Positions 47,001-58,600 of a stretch of DNA of 64,000 nucleotides are shown one piece after another. Numbering within the stretch: the stretch's first letter is position 1; every line of letters starts with the position of its first letter. The notes under the pieces are model-generated. The model was not told the origin of the DNA. It saw nothing but the letters and a program-made list of their open reading frames with translations, and searched no databases. The position numbers were made by a program, and so were the translations under genes. Origin of the DNA: Nitrospirales bacterium (GTDB lineage Bacteria; Nitrospirota; Nitrospiria; Nitrospirales; UBA8639); the NCBI GenBank assembly GCA_965203295.1, contig CBDBCZ010000016.1:928001-992000 (forward strand), written 5' to 3'.

Positions 47001-48422
47001 TGAGAGGCAATGGGTGACGCACAGCTGGGGGTCGTCTACGTTTTACTGGCTTACTCCACGGAAAAACACTTGGAACGGAGGAATTCTCATTTTTTTCCCC
47101 TTCTGCAAAGTGGGCACTACATATTCTTGTGCTCTCACTGACACACAGTGTTTTTTTTATGCTGACAAGCCACTGCTGCCTTAGGTCACTATCCTGGGGC
47201 AGGCGATGAAATTTGATACTTGTGAATTCGGGCTTGTCACTTCTGCTAGGACAGCCTGGGATACTACAACTCTGGTGTCGTGGCATTCTGGAAGCTAGTA
47301 GGGTTACTGCCTACCACGGTGGTAACAATCAATAGCTTCGCTACACAATAACTTCGGCAAGTATCTAGCTCTTTACTGTTAACACGGCAACGTTCCGCGA
47401 GCACTACTTACAAACCAACAACTCTCACTTACAATACTAAACTTGAAAGACCGTACATATACACACTAGGCAACTCACCTAGCAACAGTTGGCGCGAGTT
47501 GTGACTTCTTTGCAGCTGATAAAATCCAAGAGAGCGGTCTTCTTTTTGCTTCTTTGGTGCACCCGCCATCGCGTCGAATTCTAATTATTGCCTACTATTA
47601 CCCCCCAGACGTCATAATGACGTACTAATGGTAAAGGGTCTATTGGTTACTTTCTCGAGCCAACAGTGCCACAGTGTGCAAGTACTGGACAGTGGTTCAC
47701 GAGACTAATATACTGCAGCATGAATAGAGAGTTTTCACGTGTCGTCACAGATCACGTGCTCCTGCAGTATGTCTGAGTCACGTTATGTTTATGCCCGTTC
47801 TTGCCCACCATGCATGGGCGACTAGATTGGCACGTTATAGCTACAGCGATCGCAGAAACAAAAGCTGCTGGGAACTTACGCGTTCAGTATCTCAATTATC
47901 ACTGTAAGTCAGTTTTCAGGCGGGACAGATCGAGTGAATCTGCTGCCTAGACTACGAGTACGAGAGTAACTTCCGGTCTTTATGCGTATGGCTATGTACA
48001 TTTGCTGCCCACCAAAATGGCGCCCTGGCATGGCAACAGTTGCTACATGCGTGTGACGTAAGATGATGTCAATGAAACTCTCTATACTATACTGTTTGTA
48101 TCAAACAATCATGAGCGTACTCTAGCTAATATAGTACGCTCATGATTGGCTGATGGTGCGCGGATGACAAATTATGTCATCCACGTACCTAGCGTACGTA
48201 TATACATCACGCACCGTAGACGCACCATAGATATAGCCTCGTTCCCAGGCTCTACTGACCAGCTTTATTTTACTACGTGCGAAAAAAAGCTGGTCAGTAG
48301 AGCCTGGCTACCATAGATAGTAGAGTAGACGCACCATGCTTGCTTTCCATACCTTGAGCTGTTGCAACTTCAAGCAGTACGGACATAGCCAAAACTGCCC
48401 ACACGCCGTGCACCCAACTCAT
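26045..48422 (-). CDS. Receptor-type protein tyrosine phosphatase, paralog A: signal exon 48353-48422, 16 Ig-type exons (one a half domain) 43727-30179, TM exon ~29750-29850, PTP D1 plus D2
   Basis: [23 protein letters not shown]; Ig exons with [33 protein letters not shown]1 [25 protein letters not shown]2 VMCNDGMGRTG; C-terminus [11 protein letters not shown]. Confidence 0.88.
38365..40404 (+). mobile_element. Defective hAT transposon (ZBED1-like BED finger transposase) in an RPTP-A intron
   Basis: Left end tagtgctgggcgata; [64 protein letters not shown]; stops and frameshifts at ~38669, ~39190, 39719, ~39857; right end not found. Confidence 0.9.
41810..42070. mobile_element. Small hairpin-bearing element (Crypton-like non-autonomous, inferred)
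   Basis: Hairpin ggtgtataagcaatttatt-ccgagggctgaaggcccgagg-aataaattacttatacacc; tttctaccac/gtggtagaaa inverted pair. Confidence 0.5.
43888..44256. mobile_element. ~370-bp Helitron/Helentron-like insertion (related copy ~48600-48970)
   Basis: Absent from the paralog (cgcataatt^tcacag at ~61005); ends with a ctcgcaaagcgag hairpin then cactagt. Confidence 0.55.
44498..45540 (+). pseudogene. ORF2 of the element: SAP plus SWIM, disrupted and truncated
   Basis: [26 protein letters not shown] (SAP-like); [20 protein letters not shown] (SWIM); [12 protein letters not shown]; stop at 45280; no YqaJ segment visible. Confidence 0.7.
45850..47286 (-). CDS. THAP + HTH + DDE_Tnp_4-type transposase, 478 aa open
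   Basis: CSIPGC..FHRLP..W..RICSAHF..VPSVF (THAP); [36 protein letters not shown]. Confidence 0.92.
   Translation of the reverse strand: MPRHQSCSIPGCPSRSDKPEFTSIKFHRLPQDSDLRQQWLVSIKKTLCVSESTRICSAHFAEGEKNENSSVPSVFPWSKPVKRRRPPAVRHPLPLKKPKQVETPSAVNAIEQHEEKISELQLKVLRLEEEVRTLESQRFLLRRFQGSDKDIQFYTGLPSYSVLMCLYRFLEPLLCYLRLCRNEIKSTSTSIFKPRARALQPIDEFFLTLVRLRLGLLEQDLAHRFNISIATVSRICITWIKFLNQQLRPLITWPSRECIDAHMPAQFVEFCPTTRVILDCTEFFTEVPSSMSIQSLTYSSYKHHNTFKALVGISPTGAVTFISDLYAGSVSDQALTRECGVLDHVMPGDTVMADKGFDISYDVLVRGAKLNIPPFVKNHQQLSKKNVIITRKIASLRIHVERAIGRVKQYRILSNVVPLSLVHSIDSIWGICCSLSLFHPPLVTDPARLSEKEISEIIACILVLFLINVYVAVTVLKF
47726..48083. mobile_element. ISL2EU/Harbinger-like MITE, AT TSD (copy 2)
   Basis: at|agagagttttca ... 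tgaaactctct|at; paralog B shows the empty site gcagcatgaatactg at ~62862-62876. Confidence 0.9.
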
Positions 48423-49630
48423 CTTGAAACCAGCACTCGTGGAGTGGATTTGCGGCAGCATTCAACCGCATGCAAAGCTTGAGACAGCGCGCGAAACTAA
48501 GTAATTATTAATCTCGTGTCTAGACTCCGCCCAGTTCGGTAGCCACGTCCACGTGGGTCAACGATCGCGTCGTAGTTACGTCACTCAGCGTACACGTACT
48601 CCGGTTCCATTGACCTTTTCAGTCTAGACTGTTTTTCGTCACCGTCCCTCCAGTCCCAGCCATTTCTCCATGCAGACATAATATAGCCTACCAAACTCGC
48701 CATGAGCACTTACCTTCGCTATATATAAAAAGGCTGTACGGGAGGCTTGGAAGCGCTCACTAAATACGTACAGCTAGCCTGCTTCAGCCTCTGGACTTCC
48801 AGGTGAATAATTTATTGCACGTAGCCATTTTGTGTAGTGGTTGGGTATTGTGGGCGTGCCCTGTTCCTTTGACCTTTTTCTTCACGGTAGGGGCGCGCCA
48901 CAAATAAATGTGCCACCACCAGCAATTCTCGCGAGGCGAGGACATCCCTGCAACATTGTGTATCACTACTTAGAGCATAACAGAAACAGGAAAGAGTCAA
49001 ACTTGGTTGTCCACTGTGGCCGGACGGACTGGTAGGCAGCGAATCCACAGCGTGGCATTACCCTTCCATTCGTGAATAATTCGGAATAAATATGCCATAC
49101 TTTAGCAATAACCCCCAAAGCCAAAAAACATCTCATCACAGAATACTATCACATGTACAAAAAGCATGCATGCCTTCCTAAGTAATAATTGTCCTTATTA
49201 ATCAAGGACTTTCCTTATTTTGGCTCCCCAGATGCATGATGATAGGAGGAGCTGGAAAGGAACCATATCCTAAAGTGAGCACGAACTGTACTCTTAGTCT
49301 TCTAAGCAGCTGTGACAGGGTTGACTATTCAACTAGATTACTTATCTAGTATCACTAAAATGGTTTAGAAGCATAGGAAGCCATACTATCCAATGCACAG
49401 GACAGGGTGATTATGAGTAAGACTAAGAAATTTATCATGTACCTCATGACACTGTACGCTTTTTGTAAGAAAAAACATGCCTTACAGGTACACACAATGC
49501 AGAAGATTGCATGTAGCATTAGCTGATTGTCACAGCAACTATCATAATTCACAACGTAACAACTACCTATGTGGTGCAGTAGTTAATTAACACAAAGTGG
49601 CTAAGTCTTTCTAAAATTGAATCTCAGAGT

Positions 49631-52600
49631 TTAGACCACTTCTTGAAAGTTACAATATGTTTCAAAGCTGCCCACAAACTCTTTCAGTACCTCATGACAA
49701 TGAATGTATTGTTCCTACAGGGAAAAACAAAACATGTTGTGGTCAGTCAGAAGTGACTACAACTACTACATGAATGTTTTCTTCCTAGCCAAAGCAGACT
49801 ATCACTGCTTGAGTTCTCCCACAAACTCACCACACTCTGCACCAGGCCTGGACGGTTGAGACGGGCTGACTTGATGAACTGAAAGACGTCAACCACACCC
49901 TCAGCCTTCAGCCTCTCTATCTGAGCATGCATGCAGATGAAAGCACCCGTACGACCCATTCCATCACTGCAAGGAGACATACACATCTGGTTAGAGTACC
50001 TGCAAAAAGTGGGCTCAAACACACCAGGACTGAGTCAATACTCTTGCAGATTTCATATAGTATTACACACACCAACTAACTTGCACATAACAGTGATGGC
50101 GTTCTTTCCTGTGGTCATCTGCACCCGGTTGACATTCTCCAACACTTCCAAGAGAACAGGTGGAGAAGGATGGTCACGTTTTGGCCAGCACAGCAGCTGA
50201 AACTGGGTCACAGTGAATGAGGAAGGCCCCCTTGTTTCCTATAAGTATAGATGAACAACAAGGAAACATTGCCCTGATAAATATACAACACTGAATATGC
50301 TTACTTACGGCTGTGGACTTGGATTTGTCCTCAATAATTTCAAACTTGCGAACAATATAAGCATGGTACTTCTCCTCTGACTTCAATGTGACTCCAATCT
50401 CTCCATAATTTCTGGTTAACCCCTGGTCCGTAGGCCAGTAAGGATAGCAAGACTCCTGTAGTAAGAAAAACACTGATATCTCAACAGATGCCTCACGGGG
50501 TTTACAGACACAGAGTGATAGGTTAAGCTAGCTATAGTCATCGCTGTAAACAAAGAGCCTCATTCATGGGGGCAGTGGCATGCAGAGCTTGTTGTGGGAT
50601 GGGTCAATCAAACTGGAGAGCCTCAAAGCCGATGGGACATTAGTACGCACATGTTCATAAAACATTATGGCATTGTTGTGGACCCAATAAGCATTGCATC
50701 TGCTGAATACAATATGTTGTCTATCATGTATATATGTTTCGCGCGAACCAGGAATTTGCGCAATCTTAGAATTGCGTAATGCAAACTAGGAATCCATACT
50801 TTGCCGCGCAATCCCGGGATTGCACAACCAATTCCACTTTTGCGCATACGTGATATTGACACTTCTATGGCTAGCTATAAAAATGCCACGCTCGATCAGG
50901 AATGCAGCGTCTCTGCGGCTTGCAAGCCCTCAGTTTCATTCATCCGTCTTTACTGTAAACTGTAGATTGCCAGAATCATTTGATAATGTAATAGTTGTGA
51001 CAAATGGTTTCATTACAAAGGAATGTGTTGGTTTTAACATAGATTGTAGACTATCAATGGTTTTAATACATCATGTTGGCGATTGGTTTTGTAACCACTG
51101 TCAGTAGATTTTGTTTTTACATGCAGCACTTGACTCTTTGTTTATCCCTTTGCTGTCTATACTTTGACGCTTCATGCACTTTATATCAAAATTCTAACTT
51201 TGTACGAACGAATTTGCGCAATGCAGGGTTTGCGCAACGTATTCCAACTTTGCGCGAAAAACTGCGCAATCCTGGGATTGCGCGCCAAAGTACAGATTCC
51301 TACTTTGCGCAGCGCAGTCCTAAGATTGCGCGACTTCCTGGTTTGCGCGGAACATATATATTCTGCTGTTTCGCATTGTGGAATTGTATTTATATAGACA
51401 AAATTACCTCTCCTTCCTCCAGCAAGCTGCACAGCATGACGATACACTTGCTCTGGCACTCTGAAATCATCTTCCAAAAGTCTTTCACAGTGGTAGACAG
51501 TGGGCCCTGGGTGGCAATGTAGGCCCCTCTCTTCTTATAGCCCTATTGTGTAACGTTAAGACTAATGAGAATGTTTAAGTTACAAGTATATTGTGAGACT
51601 CTACTTACATTAACAAAGTTGGCATTGATATAGTCAGATCCTTCAAATCGTGTTAGTCGTAGGTATACTCGGCAGTAGTTGCCTGTGAGTTGTAGAAAAT
51701 AACATAAGACAAAGAAATACTAACTATTTAGTAACGCATATACCTGCAAGCTTGGAGGCATAGCGGTTCTTTGAAATATTGTATTCAGCTGTAGCATCAG
51801 AGAAGTCTTCTGTCTCCATTTTGGGAGAAATCTGCTTGAGTAGCTGTTGGGAAAGCAATGCCAAGAATGGAGTAACTGAAATCATACCAGATCAAGCAGG
51901 CCGCCTGATTATTCTGTACCTTAAACTGGTCTTGGAACCCAGACACCTGCTTGCCATCGGCAGTCTGATGCAGTTGGCTGGTGATGACCTTTAGGTTGGC
52001 TGCAGATATGTCTGTCTTTCCACAGGTGATCAGTTCATCCAGGGCAGTATGGATGAACACATACTGGGTCTAAAGGGAAAGATGGAAGTCTAACTGAATA
52101 GCCATGACATCCAATGTGTTGATGGGTACACACAGCACTTTATAACCTATGAGACAACAATAATTTACTGAGACTGATTTAGTATGAGTGCTAAAAGGAT
52201 TACAGTACGTACAGTATAGTACAGCCTACCAGAGTCTGCACCATTTTTACACGCTGGCACCGCAGCTCTTTGAGACACCTGAAGACATTCACAACCCCCA
52301 TGTCTTTGATCCGCTGCATCTCCATATCGAGAACTATAAATGTACCAGTCCTGCCCACTCCAGCACTGCAGTGCACTAGGAGGGGTTGTGGGTGCGATGG
52401 GGGATGGGACTTGCGCATCCTCTGGATGAAGCTAATAAGAGACATTGCATTTGATGGTACTCCATGGTCTGGCCAGGCTTGATAGAAGAAATGGGTAACT
52501 TTCAAAGCTGGCTCAGCAGGATTGGATGTCTAACGAGGGATATAGTATAATGATTCATTCATGTAATTCAAGCACCCCTAAAATGGGCAAAGAGCTTTAT

Positions 52601-55600
52601 TCTTACATCGTTCACAATGAATGTCCTGATCTCGTATTCAGCGAATGGCAGGAGGGAGGTGAGGGTGACTGTGAGGTTATAGCCCACTTCTTTAGTCTCA
52701 TTCACTCCTTTAGGCCAGTACTGCTCGCACTTTTTCTGTCAAAACATGTGGGTAAAGAGAAATGGTTCGCTGGAAGAGATACACAGGTAAACACTGGTCT
52801 TAGTTTATACACAGAAAAAAAACATCCTACTTTTCCGAGTTCAACGCATCTGGTCAACATCGCAATAGTTGTGACTTTGTGCTCCCAAACCATGCGCCAA
52901 AGGTCACCCAAAGTATCGAGAACAGGGCCTGAGATGAAAATTCAAACAAAGAACTCAGTGTACATCTCTAATGAATTATAAGCTAGTTACCTTGGGAAGC
53001 AATGTACTCATTCTGTTTGGTGTATCCCTAAATTGGAGAAGAAGTAAGTAGTATAAAGAGCCAAAGATAATCAATACCAAACAAGCCATATATACCTCTA
53101 TGAAGCTGGCATTGATGTAGTCAGATCCTTCTACTCCTTCAATCTCCTTCAGTTTCACCCGACAGAAGTCATCTGAGTATGAGCGAGTTGAGGGTTTGGA
53201 TAGTGGCAGGGGTTGTGGCTACGCCTTTTTAAAACGGACTTACAAGGGTAAATGTGGCGAAATCGATTACGTTCTTTGTTGCAAGGGAGCAGACCAGCAT
53301 CACATGATGCCAATGGGCCCTTCTTTAGAGACTGAAAATGCAAATCACAATGGTATTATAATTTCTCACACTGATAGTCATTGCAGTGTAGTACTTACTT
53401 CGTACTCAGATCGAAACCCTCTATCTTTGTCTGCGTGCATGTTGGTCACATGAGCACTGAACCAGGCAACTGAGATACCCTTACTGTTGTTCTGGGCTGA
53501 GTAGTTATACAAATGCTGATCACAATGACAGCTTGCAGTGCATGAAGCAATGCTTAACCTGTTCTGTATGAGTTTATTTCCCTGGTTTTCTCTACTTGAT
53601 CTTTCCCAGTGACTGTCAGCTCCAAGCTGGCTCCAGCGATGGGCCACTTGGGTTGAGGTTGTGAGTGTAATTTCACACGCCACTTTAGCCTATAAAAATA
53701 ATAATTGATTAAAGGTTAGCTATATTATATAGAAGTGTAGGTGTATATGATGTGTATCATAGCTGTTGTACTCACCACAAAGCAGCAACTATTACAATAA
53801 CAATGAGTGCAACAATGAGAACTCCAGCGGCTGCTCCCGCCACTGCTCCAGGAGACACAGAACTGCTACTTGAACCTGTACCAGTGGAGTCAGACCAGCA
53901 ATACTATTATTTATGTTTTAAAGACAGAATGACTCAATGGGTAGGTGCCATAGTAACATGCCATCCACTGCATGCACTACCCTAACCATTTTGTTGTGCA
54001 TAGTTGTTACACTTGGTAACCAATATACTCTCTTCAATTATGAAAGAAAACACTTTACTGACTCTCCACTGTCAGAAAAAAAATGCTATTACTTACTTTG
54101 CACAGTGAGTATCTTAACATCCATAATTGTCCCAGTGGAGAAGGTGGCCTGACAGGTGTACTGTCCTCCATGGGACGTCTGCACTGGGGTGAACTCCAAT
54201 GTGCTAATGTAAGTCTTAGTGGAGTCACTAGTCATCACATGCTGGGTTTCACTGATAATACTGCCACCATCAGGGCCTAACCACTGCACAACTGGATCTC
54301 CTATCAGTGAGTCCCCCTCTGCCAAGGTCACAGTACAGGTGAGAGAGAAGGACTCTCCTGCAACAGGTATCTCAGGTGGTGAGATTGTGACTGTGGGAGG
54401 AGAGCCTGGGAAACCAATGGAATATAAAGTAATAAAGCAGCTCTGGCTCATCAATCTTTTCTTGCATCTACTTGTCTAAAATGTTGAGTCACTAAAGCAG
54501 TTATGTTTGTATGGTGCTAACATTCAAATAATGACTGCACGTGCCACTTTAAACATGGATGCAAGGTTCTTTCTATGCATGGTCAACCATTACATGTACA
54601 TGCTCACTTTGTACAGTTAACATTGTAGCATCCATCATTGCGCCTGCAAAGGAGGTAGCCTGGCAGATATACTCTCCTCTGTGGGATGTCATTACAGGGT
54701 TGAATTCCAGTGTGCTGATGTATATATTAGTCTTTGTCTGATGTGTCCTACTAACAGGAACACCATCAGGACCCATCCACTGCACAGCTCCTATCAGCGA
54801 GTCCCCCTCTGCCAGAGAGACAGTGCAAATGAGGGAGAAGGACTCTCCTGCTGTTGGTATCTCATATGGTGATATTGCAACTGTGAGAGGATCGACTAAA
54901 GGAAGATATAGCAATCATCACTTCTCATGCACTGACCATTACTCTGATATGTATTTTCATAGCTTAATTGTAATATATATTCAATTACTTCTCAATATAA
55001 TACCTGAAATGTACAAGCAGTCAACACTTCATATACAGTAAAGATTACAGGTTAACAGAGATACACATGCATATAGTAAATGGGTACATAATTTGAGTTT
55101 CAAGAAAGCATTGTAATGATGATGCTAAGTGTGTCCTGCATGTTAAGGGCACTGAGCACTTTCTATATATAGAGAGAGTCTGTTGAACTGCTTTTTTTAC
55201 TGTCACATGCAATGAGAGAAGCAGCTAATCAGTCAAGTTTGAATAGAGTACTGGTGTGAGACCATTTCCCAGAGCTGTATCCTGTACTCGTAAGGCAAGT
55301 TCTGGCTAGTAAGAGCCCATAAGCTGTAGAAATATTTATCTTTCTTGACTAAAGTCTTTTTTGAACATAACGTATGGCCGAAGAATCACACAAGTAATAT
55401 ATCTGTACCTATATACATGGAGATGAATTAAATGATAGATCATTTCTTTACACTTAGACAGTCTCAATACTATAAGCAATATGGCCATACGGAGATACTT
55501 TTAGTATCATGTAATTATAACGAAGAAACTTACATGCCATAAGTTCCTTTGAGGCTGTGCCCAATGCATTTAGAACTGTGCAGTTATAAGTATGTCCAGT

Positions 55601-58600
55601 GATGTCAGTTGCTGCAGCATCAATGATGAGAACAGTTTCATATGTGGATAGTCTCCTGTCAGTTATTGTTTGTATCTGTGTGTAGGTGTCATCGGGGAGA
55701 GACAGTGGTTGGCTATCCCTCATCCAGGTCACAGCGGTGGCAGGGGAGCCAGTGGAGATGCAGGTCAGGTTAGATGACACGTGACCATAGGTGAATCCCA
55801 GGTGTGTGATGTTAGGAGGAGCTGGGAAAGAACAACGTACCCACTCTAATGATTTACTGACTAATAACATGTGCAACTGGATATACTATATCAAAGTCCT
55901 GGTTTTCATTGTGAGGGTTAAATAGTTGTGAATTGTGAGTGCATTGCGAGCTCAGAAATAATAGAATACAATATATGTTTTATGCTCTGGGGCATGTAAT
56001 GCTAAATCGAAATTTATGTAGCACTCACATGCTCCACACAGCATACATTGAACATATCCATACTTACTATTGAATCCACTAGGATATATTCCAACGTTGA
56101 TGTCCCTCATCTCTCCACTCTGAAGAGGAATGTGACAGGTGTACACCCCCTGATCACCAGCTGTTAGAATATTCTGACTGAGTGTGTTCTCTACTTTCAG
56201 TTCCCCATGTCGTGGGCGGGTAATTGTAAAGATATCACCACTAGTGACAGTAGTTCCATCTGGTCCAATGAGCACCCCAACATTGGTCATCATTGAGTCA
56301 GAGCGACAGAAAAACCAGAAATAAACTTCAAATTTAGCTGTACCAAGGGAAATGACAATCCCGTTGTTTGGTAGTGATCCTGGAACTTGAAGTTCACCAG
56401 TTGAAGTACCTCTGAATACATGTATTCCAGCACCTTGAAGACAATAAATTGCAACATAACTCTTTGATAGCATGTTCAAATCGGAAGAACTAATGCATGT
56501 ACATTATTAGTATCTTGCTTACCCACAACATCGAAGCTGATTGTTTTACTTCCACTTATCAAACCACTAGTGGCTGTGCAGGTGTGGTTGCCAATGTCAC
56601 CAGTGCGAACAGCTGTTCGTGTAACAGTTTTTAAATTCTCAGTCTGGAAAGGACAGTTTCTGCAGGTGGAAGACCACTGGTAGCTAACAGGATCAGTACC
56701 ACCCACTGCTGTGCAAGTGACAGTCACTGGACCAGAGGCTGCTCTGTACTCATTGGGACCCAGCTCAGCGCCAGGAGGAGGTATGTAGGAGACAGTTATG
56801 CTAACCTCCAGTTCTGGTAGGAGAAAAAGTAGCTGTAATGGTCCTGGCCATGTCGTGCTTGCAGAGGTAGTAAACAAACAACACTCTAACTGTTTGTAAG
56901 CCTGAGTAATGGTCTAGTGTGAGGTGCCATGACTGCACATGCAAACTTAATGAATGAAGTAATAATTGCATACCTACAGTGATGTTCAGGCTGTAGTGCG
57001 ACTCACTACGCTGGACATACATTACTCCTGAGCCAGGCTCAACAGTGCCAGTGCAGGTGTATGTGTCAGATGAGGTAGCTCGTAGTGAAGGAATATGTAG
57101 CATAACTTTGTATACTCCATCTGAGGATGTCACAATGGTGCTGTTCCTCCCCGCTCCCTGAAGTCTTCCAGTCACCACCACATCACTGTCCACTGCTGGA
57201 TTAGGATCTAACTGGATAGTGCAGGTCAGAGTGAGGTTGTCTCCATGGCGGAGGCGTACACTGGCATCAGGTTCACGGCTCACAGAATTTCTTGGAAGAG
57301 GAACTGTAGAGTAAATTAAACACCACATATTCTACAGTACAGTATGTTGTATCGCTCACATCTGCTTGTCCGAAATGTTGAGTCACTAATCAGTTATGTT
57401 TGTATGTTTTAGAATGGTGTGATTCAATATTCAAATTCTAATGTCTGCATGTGCCACTTTAAACATGAATGCAAGGATATTTGTATGTACGCATGGTCTA
57501 CCAATTCCGGAAGTGCTATACAGGCCACCATGTTATCTATAGATGCCTGCCAGTCACAAAGTTTTCCCCGCATGACAAACACTCTATGCTCACTTTGTAC
57601 TGTTAATAATGTAGCATCCATCATTGTGCCTGCAGAGGAGGTAGCCTGGCAGATATACTCCCCTCCGTGGGATGTCATTACAGGGTTGAATTCCAGTGTG
57701 CTGATGTATATATTAGTCTTTGTCTGATGTGTCCTACTAACAGGAACACCATCAGGACCCATCCACTGCACAGCTCCTATCAGCGAGTCCCCCTCTGCCA
57801 GAGAGACAGTGCAAATGAGGGAGAAGGACTCTCCTGCTGTTGGTATCTCATATGGTGATACTGTGACCGTGACAGGATCGACTAAAGGAAGAAATAGCAA
57901 TCATCACTCCTCATGCACTGACTATTACTCTGATATGTATCTTCATAGCTTAATTGTATTATACCAGTAAATTACTTCTCAAAATAATACCTGAAATGTA
58001 CAAGCTGTCCACACTTCCTATATAGTAAAGATTACAGGTTAACAGAGACACACATGCCTAATAGTAAATGCGTACATAATTTAAGTTTCAGGAAAGCACT
58101 GTAGATGATGATGCTAAGTGTGTCCTGCATGTTAAGGGCACTGAGCAATTCCTATATAAAGTGGGAGTCTGTGTTGAACTGCTTTTTTACTGTCACCAGC
58201 CAATGAGAGAAGCTGCTAATCAGTCAAGTCTGATAGAGTACTGGTGTGAGACCACTTCCCAGAGCTGTATCCTATACTCGTAAGGCAAGTTCTGCCTAGC
58301 AAGAGCACATATAAGCTGTAGAAATATTTATCTTTCTTGACTAAAGTCTTTTCTGAACATAACGTATGGCCGAAGAATCACAATAGCTGTACCTATATAC
58401 ATGGAGATGAATTAAATGATAGATCATTTCTTTACATTTAGACAGTCTCAATACTATAAGCAATATGGCCATACGGAGATACTTTTAGTATCATGTAATT
58501 ATAACAAAGAAACTTACATGCCATGAGTTCCTTTGAAGCTGTGCCCAATGCATTTAGAACTGTGCAGTTATAAGTATGTCCAGTGATGTCAGTTGCTGCA

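Larger units (their letters stand above)
44297..47641. mobile_element. ISL2EU-like (PIF/Harbinger-related) transposon, 72-bp perfect TIRs, AT TSD
   Basis: TIR 44297-44368 is the exact reverse complement of 47570-47641; at|..|at flanks; two convergent genes. Confidence 0.92.
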
